NCBI GenBank assembly: GCA_019358975.1
Contig: JAHHIL010000019.1
Coordinates: 1,473-65,472, forward strand
Length of the DNA stretch: 64,000 bases
Direction of reading: 5' to 3'
From: Trichocoleus desertorum ATA4-8-CV12
Lineage (GTDB): Bacteria; Cyanobacteriota; Cyanobacteriia; FACHB-46
Below the pieces are notes generated by a model. The model had not been told where the DNA came from, did no database searches, and saw only the letters and a program-made list of their open reading frames with translations. Position numbers and translations under genes: made by a program. Below, one piece after another: positions 29,475 to 38,320 of this stretch (the first letter of the stretch is position 1; each line of letters opens with the position of its first letter).

Positions 29475-30176
29475 ATGGCACGAGGAGATCAGATCTACGT
29501 GATGCGTGAGTTCATGGGGTTGCCAGGTGTCTATGAGCATCACGGCATCGACTGTGGCGACGGCACAGTAATTCACTACCGCAAAACTGAAGTGGCCCGG
29601 ATTTCGCGTACCTCGATGGCAGAGTTTGCGATGGGGCAACCTGTTTATGTGAAGCGCTATTCCACTTCCTATCTTCCCGATGTGGTGGTGCAACGAGCCG
29701 AGAGTCGCATTGGGGAATCAGCCTACAATCTCACTACCAATAATTGTGAGCACTTTACTACTTGGTGCAAAACTGGAGTGAATGAAAGCGCTCAAATCCG
29801 CAACTTCGGCTTGGATGCTGTCAAAATTAGCTTGCCTGGGACTGACCAGTTGATCCACGAAGCGATCGACAATTCCTCTCCAGCTAAGTCTATGGAGCTA
29901 TACCGCCAAGCGCTAGACAACATTGCCTCGGCAGAGAGTACGCTCCGACCACAGTATCAACACGCGCAAAAGGAAGAGAATACTTGGCACCGTGTAGCTA
30001 TGGCAGCTCTGAAGCAAGGCCGAGAGGAGTTAGCCCGCGCTGCGCTCCACCGCAAAGTCCAATGGAAGAAAACTGCCGCCGATTTCAAATCCCAGATCGA
30101 CTATCTAGAAACCCTCAAAGCTCAACTCAAACAAGATAGTTTGCCGTTGCGACAAACGATTAGTACGAATATCTAA
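29475..30176 (+). CDS. LRAT/NlpC-P60-like domain protein with a PspA-like coiled-coil tail
   Basis: HHGI...VIHY and NNCEHFTTWCKTG match the LRAT H-box and NCEHF catalytic Cys motif. The C-terminus (AMAALKQGREELARAALHRKVQWKKTAADFKSQIDYLETLKAQLKQ) resembles PspA/IM30 helices. Confidence 0.7.
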   Translation: MARGDQIYVMREFMGLPGVYEHHGIDCGDGTVIHYRKTEVARISRTSMAEFAMGQPVYVKRYSTSYLPDVVVQRAESRIGESAYNLTTNNCEHFTTWCKTGVNESAQIRNFGLDAVKISLPGTDQLIHEAIDNSSPAKSMELYRQALDNIASAESTLRPQYQHAQKEENTWHRVAMAALKQGREELARAALHRKVQWKKTAADFKSQIDYLETLKAQLKQDSLPLRQTISTNI

Positions 30177-30191
30177 GGAGGGGCGATCGCT

Positions 30192-30527
30192 CTACTTGCA
30201 AACTTTTTTCATTACTTGGCGTTCAGCTTTTATCTGCATGAGTCGAGCTACAGCAGGCGAGGGATTGTGGCGTTGTTCCTCTCTTACCTGATGGCTCCAC
30301 TCCAGCCAATCTGCTAGATATTTGCTTACAGCTTCTTTGTTGTACAGGTAGTAAAGGATTGTGGCGTAAACCTGCTCCAAAGTCACAGAAGGGTAGTCTT
30401 GAGCAATCTCTTCAGGGGTACGACAACAGTGGATGAAGTCATACAAAACTGTTTCAATCCCCACCCTTGTTCCCTTAATGCGAATGTCATCAGGACGCAG
30501 AAATTCAAAATAGTGTTCTAGTTGCAT
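30192..30527 (-). CDS. DUF433-domain protein (antitoxin-like HTH)
   Basis: IRIKGTRVGIETVLYDFIHCCRTPEEIAQDYPSVTLEQVYATILYY is a typical DUF433 core. Start set to ATG 30527. Confidence 0.7.
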   Translation of the reverse strand: MQLEHYFEFLRPDDIRIKGTRVGIETVLYDFIHCCRTPEEIAQDYPSVTLEQVYATILYYLYNKEAVSKYLADWLEWSHQVREEQRHNPSPAVARLMQIKAERQVMKKVCK

Positions 30528-30731
30528 CGCGATCGCATCTCCCAATACAACGAGTATCTCGAACAGGCACTTCCCCAATAGCGGAAGTTGCTCATTACTG
30601 AAGAGTTGATCGATGTATACAAGCTTAACACTGGGTAAATAGGGTATTAAACCAAAACGCTAATTTTCGTGGCATTTAAAGGTATTAGTACGGTTATCCG
30701 CCTAGCCTAGGAATTACATGGAGAAGAATAT

Positions 30732-31073
30732 TTATTCATTATTAGAATCAAAAAGAGTTCCTGTGTTCTCTTCTATATAATCCAAAGCGTCGATAATCCT
30801 TTCTTGTGAAGTAGCTATATTTCTTGAATTTATTTCTATATGACTTAACAAGTCTATTATTGCTATAAATCCTTGAGTAGAAATATAAATAAAGAAACAA
30901 ATAACTATAGACAAAACAATAGAAAAAACAACTCCATACACAGGCTTGTCTGACTGAGAGCCAACAATAATACCTGCGGAGAGTACAGCGAGATAGCCTA
31001 GAAATTGAACTGTTTTTAATGTTGCGACAAATCCTATATAGAGCTTCCCTTCGCTGTATTTCGCTTCATGCAT
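30732..31073 (-). CDS. Small three-TM membrane protein in an AT-rich islet
   Basis: 113 aa with hydrophobic segments (FLGYLAVLSAGIIVG; VYGVVFSIVLSIVICFFIYI; GFIAIIDLL). Its nucleotide composition is strongly AT-rich relative to the neighbours. Confidence 0.45.
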   Translation of the reverse strand: MHEAKYSEGKLYIGFVATLKTVQFLGYLAVLSAGIIVGSQSDKPVYGVVFSIVLSIVICFFIYISTQGFIAIIDLLSHIEINSRNIATSQERIIDALDYIEENTGTLFDSNNE

Positions 31074-31131
31074 AAGTAGGTTCTTTCAAGCTATTTTTTC
31101 TAATCTCTTTAAATGGCACGAAGTGAAACCT

Positions 31132-31160
31132 AAAAAGTAGGGTGGTAATGCTCACCCTAC
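31132..31160 (-). terminator. Rho-independent terminator downstream of chlB
   Basis: The minus strand reads GTAGGGTG-AGCATTAC-CACCCTAC followed by TTTTT, about 38 nt after the chlB stop. Confidence 0.7.
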
Positions 31161-31197
31161 TTCTACTAAAGGCTAGTTGTTAACAGCCTATCCTTAA

Positions 31198-32724
31198 TTA
31201 CGCACCTACTGCTTCTTTGGCTGCGTAAAGTACTTCAGCGGTAATTTCGCCAATGCCGCGATCGCGGGCGAATTTTTCGGTGTTGCGTTTCACCTTGCCA
31301 CGGACGAAACCGGGGATTTTGTTGAGTTCGGCTAGACCATCACGGCTCCAACCCAGGTCAGAGTCAGCCGAGATACCCTTGGTGATTACTTCCTTGGTGT
31401 CGTGACCGCCGAAGATTTCTAGCAAGTGGTCTTCCATGCCGAGGGTGAAGGAGTTGTAGACCAAATCGACGACTTGGTTAGTGCCTTCGTAACCTAGGAA
31501 GGGCTTGTAGCCGATGGGGAAGTTTTGGATGTGGATCGGGGCGGCAATCACACCACAGGGAATGTCAAGGCGTTTGCCGACGTGGCGTTCCATTTGGGTG
31601 CCGAAGATGGCAGAAGGTTCTAATCGGGCGATCGCATCTCCAATTGCGCCATTATCATCGCTGATCAAGATTTCGTCGCAGTACTCGCTGACTTGCTCCC
31701 GGAACCAATCGGCATCGTACTTGCAATAGGTGCCCGCTAGGACTACGTGAATGCCCATTTCGCGAGCCAGAATCTTGGTCATGGCGGCGGCGTGGGTATT
31801 GTCGCCAAAGACTACGGCTTTTTTGCCAGTGAGGTTTTGGCAGTCGATGGAGCGAGAGAACCAGGCAGCTTGTGAGACGTGCAGGGTTTGCTCGTTGATA
31901 AAGTTTTCGTAGTCAACGTTGGCTCCTTGCGCGTTGATCACTTGTTGGATCTTGCGGATGCAACGGGCTGTTTCTACCACACCCATCGGCGTAATATCGA
32001 CATAAGGCGTGCCAAACTCTTGCTCTAGATAGCGGGCTGTCATCAAACCGAGTTCACGATAGGGCACCAAGTTAAACCAAGCTTTGGGCAGGTTCTTGAG
32101 GTTGAGAACGGATGCGCCTTCTGGGATGATTTCGTTGATCTCAATGCCCAAGTCAGCCATTAACCGCTTCAGCTCGGTACAGTCGTGGTGGCTATGAAAC
32201 GCCAGGGTGGAGATGCCAATGATGTTAACCGAGGGCTTGGCAGTTTTGCCTTCCGGGAGGTCGCCTTGTTTGCGGGCCTTCGCGATGTAGTACTGCACGA
32301 TTTGCTCTAGGGTGCGATCGGCAGCCTGCATTTCGTTGAAGCGATAATGATTCACGTCCGCTAGCAGAACATCCGCTACTGAAGCTTCTTGGGCGCGATC
32401 AACGAAGTTTTGCAGATCTTCTTGCAGAATGCTGGAGGTGCAGGTTGGGGTCAGCACAATCAGGTCAGGATGCTCTTCGGCGTCTTTGCGGGTGATGTTG
32501 TCCACCACTTTTTCTTGAGAGCCTCGCGCCAAGACGTTGCGGTCTACGATGCTGGCGGTGACTGGGGTAAAGTCTCGCTCTCGCTCTAGCATCGATCGCA
32601 TGACGTTAAAGTAGTCGTCTCCTAGGGGAGCATGCATGATGCCATGCACATTTTTGAAAGAACTGGCAATACGGAGAGTGCCAATGTGGGCGGGGCCTGC
32701 GTACATCCAGTAAGCCAATTTCAT
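31198..32724 (-). CDS. chlB: Light-independent protochlorophyllide reductase subunit B
   Basis: The N-terminus ([62 protein letters not shown]) is essentially the conserved ChlB N-terminus. Length is 508 aa. Confidence 0.95.
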   Translation of the reverse strand: MKLAYWMYAGPAHIGTLRIASSFKNVHGIMHAPLGDDYFNVMRSMLERERDFTPVTASIVDRNVLARGSQEKVVDNITRKDAEEHPDLIVLTPTCTSSILQEDLQNFVDRAQEASVADVLLADVNHYRFNEMQAADRTLEQIVQYYIAKARKQGDLPEGKTAKPSVNIIGISTLAFHSHHDCTELKRLMADLGIEINEIIPEGASVLNLKNLPKAWFNLVPYRELGLMTARYLEQEFGTPYVDITPMGVVETARCIRKIQQVINAQGANVDYENFINEQTLHVSQAAWFSRSIDCQNLTGKKAVVFGDNTHAAAMTKILAREMGIHVVLAGTYCKYDADWFREQVSEYCDEILISDDNGAIGDAIARLEPSAIFGTQMERHVGKRLDIPCGVIAAPIHIQNFPIGYKPFLGYEGTNQVVDLVYNSFTLGMEDHLLEIFGGHDTKEVITKGISADSDLGWSRDGLAELNKIPGFVRGKVKRNTEKFARDRGIGEITAEVLYAAKEAVGA

Positions 32725-33103
32725 ATTCGGTGCTCTCCCTTAATCTCGGTTGTTACCGACCACTCCGCTGAGGGAATTTGCAGAAGTCAAAACCTTTGGC
32801 AAAAAGTTTTTACACCTTCTGGCACTAAGGAAGTAACGGCTCAGCGATCGCAATCGTTGGGTGTGATGGGTTGTTAGTGTGAGTCGCTTTTGATTGTCTC
32901 AAAGATGGACGGAACGTGAGTGTGTGCACATTGGGGTTGGGGAGAGTGGGCGATCGCTGGAAACCCTTATCTGCCTTGAGATGGAGGGGCTATTTGTGTG
33001 GCTTAATTGGTGGGGGAACTGCAATGATTTTTAACTGTTTGTGATTTGGCTTAAAACGATTAGTCGTACGGGTTTCTGAGTTTGGCATTGTGAAATCCGA
33101 GCC

Positions 33104-33154
33104 TTGGGGGCACTCGCCCCCAAACCCCCGCTGAAGGACGGTTGCGTCCCTCAG
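33104..33154. repeat. GC-rich hairpin repeats
   Basis: ttgggggcACTCgcccccaa is a perfect 8-bp stem, and ctgaaggacGGTTGCgtccctcag is a second hairpin. Confidence 0.6.
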
Positions 33155-33211
33155 ACTCCCTCCAAACGAAGTTGAGTGTGAGTGTTTCGGGTCTTGGACG
33201 GGGTTAGCTAT

Positions 33212-33356
33212 TGGCTGCTGACTTCTGGCTGCTGACTTCTGGCTCCTTACTTTCACCCCTCACCCCTCATCCTTCATCCTTATTCACCCCTCACCCCTCA
33301 CCCCTCATCCTTCATCCTTATTCACCCCTCACTCCTCTCCCCTCACTCCTCACCCT
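33212..33356. repeat. Tandem 14-mer (x2) followed by a heptamer-periodic CAYCCYT (STRR-like) repeat tract
   Basis: tggctgctgacttc occurs twice (33212-33239). From about 33252 the tract reads cacccct cacccct catcctt catcctt att, repeated, and it runs into the rph stop codon. Confidence 0.8.
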
Positions 33357-34072
33357 TCTGCCAATGCTTTCCGCTGGGCTTCAAATAGTTCCTTAATGCC
33401 TTTTTCTGCTAGGTCCATCATCTGATTCAGGTGGGTGCGGCTAAAGGCTCCTTCTTCGGCAGTGCCCTGGACTTCGATCACGCCGAGTTGGTCGTTGAGG
33501 ACGACGTTGAGGTCTACTTTGGCGGCTACGTCTTCGACATAGTTAAGGTCGAGGATGGGTTGGTCTTCTAGCCAGCCGACTGAGACTGCGGCGATTTGGT
33601 GGCGGATGGGCGATCGCTCTAGGTCTCCTTTTTGGATCAATTGGGCGATCGCGTCTTGGAGGGCGACAAAGCCTCCGGTGATGGCAGTGGTGCGGGTACC
33701 AGCATCGGCTTGCAGCACGTCAGCATCGATCGTGATTGTGCGTTCGCCTAAAGCTTCCATATCGAGAGCAGCCCGTAAGCTCCGTCCAATTAAGCGCTGG
33801 ATTTCTTGGGTGCGCCCAGACAGCTTAAGAAATTCTCGTTCATGGCGTTGCGGAGTGGCACCGGGGAGCATGCGGTATTCTGCGGTCAGCCAACCTTGGC
33901 CTTTGCCTTCCAAAAATCTAGGTACTTTGGGTTGAATGGTGACAGTACAAAGGACTTGGGTATCACCGCAACGGGTCAGTACGGAGCCAGCGGCAAACCG
34001 TGTAAAGTGACGCTCAAAGCTGATGGGCCGCAGTTGATCGCTTTGGCGACCATCAGTTCGTTGGAAAGCCAT
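33350..34072 (-). CDS. rph: Ribonuclease PH
   Basis: [20 protein letters not shown]..., [14 protein letters not shown], and [19 protein letters not shown]. Start set to ATG 34072. Confidence 0.9.
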   Translation of the reverse strand: MAFQRTDGRQSDQLRPISFERHFTRFAAGSVLTRCGDTQVLCTVTIQPKVPRFLEGKGQGWLTAEYRMLPGATPQRHEREFLKLSGRTQEIQRLIGRSLRAALDMEALGERTITIDADVLQADAGTRTTAITGGFVALQDAIAQLIQKGDLERSPIRHQIAAVSVGWLEDQPILDLNYVEDVAAKVDLNVVLNDQLGVIEVQGTAEEGAFSRTHLNQMMDLAEKGIKELFEAQRKALAEG

Positions 34073-34160
34073 TTTTGTGAGAAGTGCTTCTGAATTCACG
34101 CCTTTGCCTCAAATGCCTCAGTTAGGATACTGCAATGGATGATTTGGAGTATCCTGCCGA

Positions 34161-34709
34161 TCATTGTAGGTGCTGCAAAATTTCCTGATGCACTTGTTCG
34201 ATGGGTTGGTTGCTGTTAATTTTCAGCAGGCGATCGCGGTGTTCGTAATAGTCCAGCATTGGCATGGTGTAGTCTCGAAACGACTCGATCCGGTGCTGAA
34301 TCACCTCTGGCGTATCGTCGCCGCGTTGTCGAGCGATTGAGCGGCTCATCAATACATCATCTGGAGCGTCTAGCCAAATCGCCCAGTTCAGATTCTGATT
34401 TAGATCTCCTAAGAGAAAATCTACTTCCTCGGCTTGGAAAGCAGTGCGTGGATGTCCTTCTAGTAACCATCCTTGCTGGGTGTCCGCCTGCAAGAGGCGC
34501 TGCCGTATTAGTTGGATCATGGTTTCGTCGGGAACCAGTTCGCCTTTTTCGACAAAAGACTGGACTTGTTGACCTAAAGGAGTTTGAGCTGCGATCGCTT
34601 GCCGTAATATCTCCCCCGTAGAAATTAAGGGAATCTCAAAATGGCGGCATAGGTGCTGAGCCTGAGTACCTTTCCCTGCTCCTGGCCCACCTAGAATTAC
34701 CAATCTCAC
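34161..34709 (-). CDS. adk: Adenylate kinase (short form)
   Basis: LGGPGAGKGTQA P-loop and ISTGEILR. At 182 aa it has no long LID insertion. Confidence 0.88.
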   Translation of the reverse strand: MRLVILGGPGAGKGTQAQHLCRHFEIPLISTGEILRQAIAAQTPLGQQVQSFVEKGELVPDETMIQLIRQRLLQADTQQGWLLEGHPRTAFQAEEVDFLLGDLNQNLNWAIWLDAPDDVLMSRSIARQRGDDTPEVIQHRIESFRDYTMPMLDYYEHRDRLLKINSNQPIEQVHQEILQHLQ

Positions 34710-34813
34710 TGCCCTGCGCTCCTATCTGCGTTGAGAATTAAATTCTTCTCATTATTAGCTGAAAAGCTGCTTACCCTTTAGGCCTGTCGTCATAATCTGT
34801 CGTTGCTTGCTTC

Positions 34814-35293
34814 TTGTTGTTAGCCCCCGACATCAGCAACACCGAAAGCGCCATTCCGATTCGGGCTGTGGCTCGTTGGTTGGATAAGCTCAAGTTAGGG
34901 GTACTGCCTACTCGCGAACAAACTCAATGCTATGTTGCGTCCAGCAGCCTGTTTAACTTGATGGCTCTAATTTCTTTTGAAAAAGATACGGTCGCAGGAA
35001 ATTTAGGAGATAAAGACAGAAGCGAAGAAATCCAGAAAAATAGTGATGTCCTGTGGTTCTTTCGGCAGCTCCAGAATCGCCAAGCGCCGCTACTATGCCA
35101 AGAATTACCTGGTAAGCATTTGGAGCCAGTAGGGGTGCAAGTTGGCCCATATGTAGTTGACCTCAATCCTTTAGACAAATTCATCGAACCGATCGCTCAA
35201 CGTTGGTTAGAGAGATTGACATCCTCTCCCAGCAACCCTAACGGGTATGCAAGGAGATTCCTTGGGTTGCCCCAAAGATTTCCTGCTTCATAG
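34814..35293 (+). CDS. Hypothetical protein whose 3' end runs into the TnpB element (probably disrupted)
   Basis: 159-aa ORF with a TTG start. The last 20-25 codons or so overlap the 3' end of tnpB on the opposite strand, so the native C-terminus is probably lost. Confidence 0.3.
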   Translation: MLLAPDISNTESAIPIRAVARWLDKLKLGVLPTREQTQCYVASSSLFNLMALISFEKDTVAGNLGDKDRSEEIQKNSDVLWFFRQLQNRQAPLLCQELPGKHLEPVGVQVGPYVVDLNPLDKFIEPIAQRWLERLTSSPSNPNGYARRFLGLPQRFPAS

Positions 35294-36545
35294 CCAGCCA
35301 GCTAGACTGAGTGACCTCAGCCCCCGCTGCATCGACTCCACAGGCATTTTCAACCACCCGTTGCCCACGGGCAGAGATGACTTGAGCTGCGGCAATATCC
35401 CTTGGCTTCACTGAGCGACATTCAGGACATTGATGCAGCCTCACACTCAGATCCTTGCGGACTTCGGCACCACAGTCAGGACACTCCTGAGACGTGCCAC
35501 GAGCATCCACCTTGGCGTAGTAAACATCTCGCTTCCAGCACACCCAAGGAAGGATTTGATTGGTGAACTGACCGAAGCCAGCATCCAACGTGTGCTTACC
35601 TAGCATCCCTTTCGCCATCATGCGGAAGTCCAAATCTTCCACAAACACCATCCCAGCGTGGTCACAAAGATGATGGGCTAATTTGAAATGCCAGTCCTTG
35701 CGAGTGTCGGCAATGCGCTGATGCACTCTCGCGATCTTCCGGTGCAGCTTGTGCCAGTTAGCGCTCCCCTTGCGCTTGGTTTCAAGTCTGCGTTGCAGCA
35801 ATTTCAGCTTGCGGTGCAGCTCATTAAAAAAGCGGGGACGCTTGACTTGTTCGCCGTCGGAAGTGGAGAGGAAATATTCAAGGCCCACATCAATCCCAAC
35901 GGCAAGGCCGTGAGCCATCGTCGCCGGAATCTCAACCTCCGCCTCTAAGCTCAACATGGCGAAATAGCCCGATGCTTTGCGAACGATTCGCGCCTGCTTC
36001 ACCTGGAACAACGACGGAATTTCCCGTGACCACCGCACTTTGACCAGTCCTAACTGAGGGAGCTTGATACCTTCGCTGGAGATGCAGTGTTTCAGCATCT
36101 GCGGGAAGACAAAACTCTTCATCCGATTCGGCTTTTTGAAGCGTGGCAATCCAGACCGCTTTAACCGCCATGACTCCCAAGCGGTTTCCAGTTTTCTGAG
36201 AACCTGCTGAAGGACTTGGGCATTGATGGTTTTCAGCCTGGGGAAATCGGCCTTAGCAGCCGTTAGTGCTTTGCACTGGCGAGCATAGGCAGGAAATGGT
36301 GCATCGGCTGGCAAGATGAACTCCTGCCGAATGGAGCAGGCATTCACCGAAGACTTCCGAGAATCCAGCCAGTCTTTGCGTTCCCGCAGGGCAAAATTCC
36401 AGACATTGCGGCACACATCTAAGATGTGCTCAATCTCTAAAACCTGCTCCGCAGTTGGCTCTAGCTTAAATTCCCACGTCATGATTAGCATGACTTCATT
36501 ATGCCCTACAAAACACAGTTTTACTTTGTAGGTTTACTAAATGGC
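35200..36545 (-). mobile_element. Solo-TnpB IS200/IS605-type (IS1341-like) element; ends are approximate
   Basis: The tnpB CDS plus short flanks. The exact left and right end hairpins could not be fixed by eye. No Y1 transposase gene is present. Confidence 0.6.
35238..36491 (-). CDS. tnpB: TnpB (IS200/IS605-family OrfB, RuvC-like RNA-guided nuclease family)
   Basis: The RuvC triad contexts are GIDVGLEYF, VFVEDL and PRDIAAAQVI. The zinc finger is CPDCGAEVRKDLSVRLHQCPECRS, and the N-terminus is the typical WEFKLEPTAEQ. No tnpA is adjacent. Confidence 0.9.
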   Translation of the reverse strand: MLIMTWEFKLEPTAEQVLEIEHILDVCRNVWNFALRERKDWLDSRKSSVNACSIRQEFILPADAPFPAYARQCKALTAAKADFPRLKTINAQVLQQVLRKLETAWESWRLKRSGLPRFKKPNRMKSFVFPQMLKHCISSEGIKLPQLGLVKVRWSREIPSLFQVKQARIVRKASGYFAMLSLEAEVEIPATMAHGLAVGIDVGLEYFLSTSDGEQVKRPRFFNELHRKLKLLQRRLETKRKGSANWHKLHRKIARVHQRIADTRKDWHFKLAHHLCDHAGMVFVEDLDFRMMAKGMLGKHTLDAGFGQFTNQILPWVCWKRDVYYAKVDARGTSQECPDCGAEVRKDLSVRLHQCPECRSVKPRDIAAAQVISARGQRVVENACGVDAAGAEVTQSSWLAMKQEIFGATQGISLHTR

Positions 36546-36936
36546 TCCCTGCGGTCGTGCATCGCCTCACCACCCCCTAACCGCTAACGCGGTATAGGCG
36601 GAGCACTACGATGGTCTTTGGTAGCAACTGAATTTCTCCGCAAGTTGCGCCGACGAGAGCAAAATTTGTCCTAGAACGGGTGCCAGTAAGCCTACGACTA
36701 CACAAGCCCCAATCGCTTGGGATCGCACTATTGAGCCGCAGAATCTAAGATGAAAATAATTCAATCTTTTGCGGCTATAACTCTAATAAATAGAAATAGG
36801 CGCGATCGGCGTGGAACATTAGCAAAGCTACCTCAGATTTAGTCACTCCTCGGAGATGGATGCAAGATTGACGAACTGAGAAGCTAGAACCTAAACAAGT
36901 TCCAAGGGTAGGCAGTAGAGGCAGAGGGCACAGTGA

Positions 36937-38091
36937 ATGGAATTGACGACAACCTTAAAAGGGCAAACGGTTCGGAATGCAGTGCGAGAAGTAGGGATTA
37001 ACCCAGACTACTGGTATGCCGTGGGTTGGGCTAACAAGCTGAAGTCGAACGAAGTAATGCCCGTCCAAATTTGGCAGCAGGCGATCGCGGTTTACCGAGA
37101 TGCGACAGGCCAGCTCCATGCCCTCGAAGATGCCTGCCCTCATAAAGGTGTGGCGCTACACAAAGGCAAAGTGCATGGCACCAACTTGGCTTGTCGCTAT
37201 CACGGCTGGGAGTTTGATGGCCAAGGCGACTGCGTCAAAATTCCTTATTTCCCGCCTGAGCAAAAATTGCCCTGTGCCCAAGCACGGAGCTACCCCATCC
37301 AAGAGAAGTACAATATTATTTGGATTTTTCCGGGCGATCCAGCGCTGGCTGAAACTTTTTCTCCCCCAGAGATTCCAGAGTTTGACCATCCTGACTTTTT
37401 CATGGTGCCCGTGACAGGACACTTTAAATCTCATTTCTCTATCTGCAACGAAAACTCAATGGATGTATTTCATGGGTTTTTGCACGAAAATTTGCAGGGT
37501 TGGTTCGATCCCATTCTGACCAGCTTGCGAGAAACTGAAAACAGCGTCTGTGCCGATTATCAGGTGTCTTATAAAGGAAAGCTGGCGAAATTTCTGGGTT
37601 TGGCTGAGGAAGCTGAGCAAGTGACGACCAAGACTGTTTCTGTAGAATATCGTTATCCGCACTATCAAAGTTCCTTGGAGGGCGTTTCTAGTCTCTACTT
37701 AATGCGATTGCCGATTGGCCCCACCCAAAGCGCTTCTTTTGCCATGTTCTTTTTGCGGGTGAAGTTGCCCAAGTGGTTTTTGCGATCGCTGGAGCCTGTG
37801 CTACAACCGTTGCTAGAGCAGCACGTGTTCATGAAATTTCTCAATCAAGATATTGAGATGATGGAAAGTGAGCAGCGCCGTTACCTAGACAACCCGCAGC
37901 GCCGCTATGTGGAAGTAAATCCAGCGATCATTGCAGTGCAGCGATTAATTGTCCGGCAGTATGAGCAATTTGTGCAAAAATCTAGTCAATCAGAAGATCC
38001 CGAAAGTGGGAACCCAGACAACTTTGTTTCTTTCTCTAAGGCTATGGCTTCTAGCCCAGCCGAACTAACTACAGAAAGCCCAGTCGGATGA
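36937..38091 (+). CDS. Rieske [2Fe-2S] non-heme-iron oxygenase (PAO/Tic55-like)
   Basis: Rieske motif CPHKG...(17 aa)...CRYHGW, and a mononuclear-iron motif in NENSMDVFHGFLHEN. Confidence 0.8.
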   Translation: MELTTTLKGQTVRNAVREVGINPDYWYAVGWANKLKSNEVMPVQIWQQAIAVYRDATGQLHALEDACPHKGVALHKGKVHGTNLACRYHGWEFDGQGDCVKIPYFPPEQKLPCAQARSYPIQEKYNIIWIFPGDPALAETFSPPEIPEFDHPDFFMVPVTGHFKSHFSICNENSMDVFHGFLHENLQGWFDPILTSLRETENSVCADYQVSYKGKLAKFLGLAEEAEQVTTKTVSVEYRYPHYQSSLEGVSSLYLMRLPIGPTQSASFAMFFLRVKLPKWFLRSLEPVLQPLLEQHVFMKFLNQDIEMMESEQRRYLDNPQRRYVEVNPAIIAVQRLIVRQYEQFVQKSSQSEDPESGNPDNFVSFSKAMASSPAELTTESPVG

Positions 38092-38320
38092 AGGCAACTA
38101 TACCAGCCGTTTCTCAAACAGATGTAGTCCGGAACCGTACTCTAGCCTCTACCCAGTACTTTGGGTCACAAACAAGTTGGTTGCATGAAGTAGTCCAGAC
38201 GCTCTGGATTGCTTGCATTTGGTGTTGTATTAGACCTGGATGATGGGTACTTTGCTAGGAAAATACACTGTTATGCCAGAGACGATAAACTATCTGGGAA
38301 TAAGGTGAGGGGAGTTTACT

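Noticed and set aside
33212-33356. Possible CRISPR array
   Set aside because: The repeats are 7-14 nt units in direct tandem with no unique spacers of about 30-40 nt. No cas genes are present in the window.
32990-33396. ORFs 32990-33256(-) and 33211-33396(+). The same applies to 10377-10658(-), 14161-14451(+) and 48190-48378(+).
   Set aside because: They are translations of GC-rich palindromic or heptamer repeats (peptides such as HPSSLFTPHPSPL and PNFGRGVGGEG). This is typical repeat-derived pseudo-ORF content, not genes.
37495-37515. tRNA-like T-loop sequence GGTTCGATCC
   Set aside because: It lies within the Rieske oxygenase reading frame, with no flanking cloverleaf complementarity.
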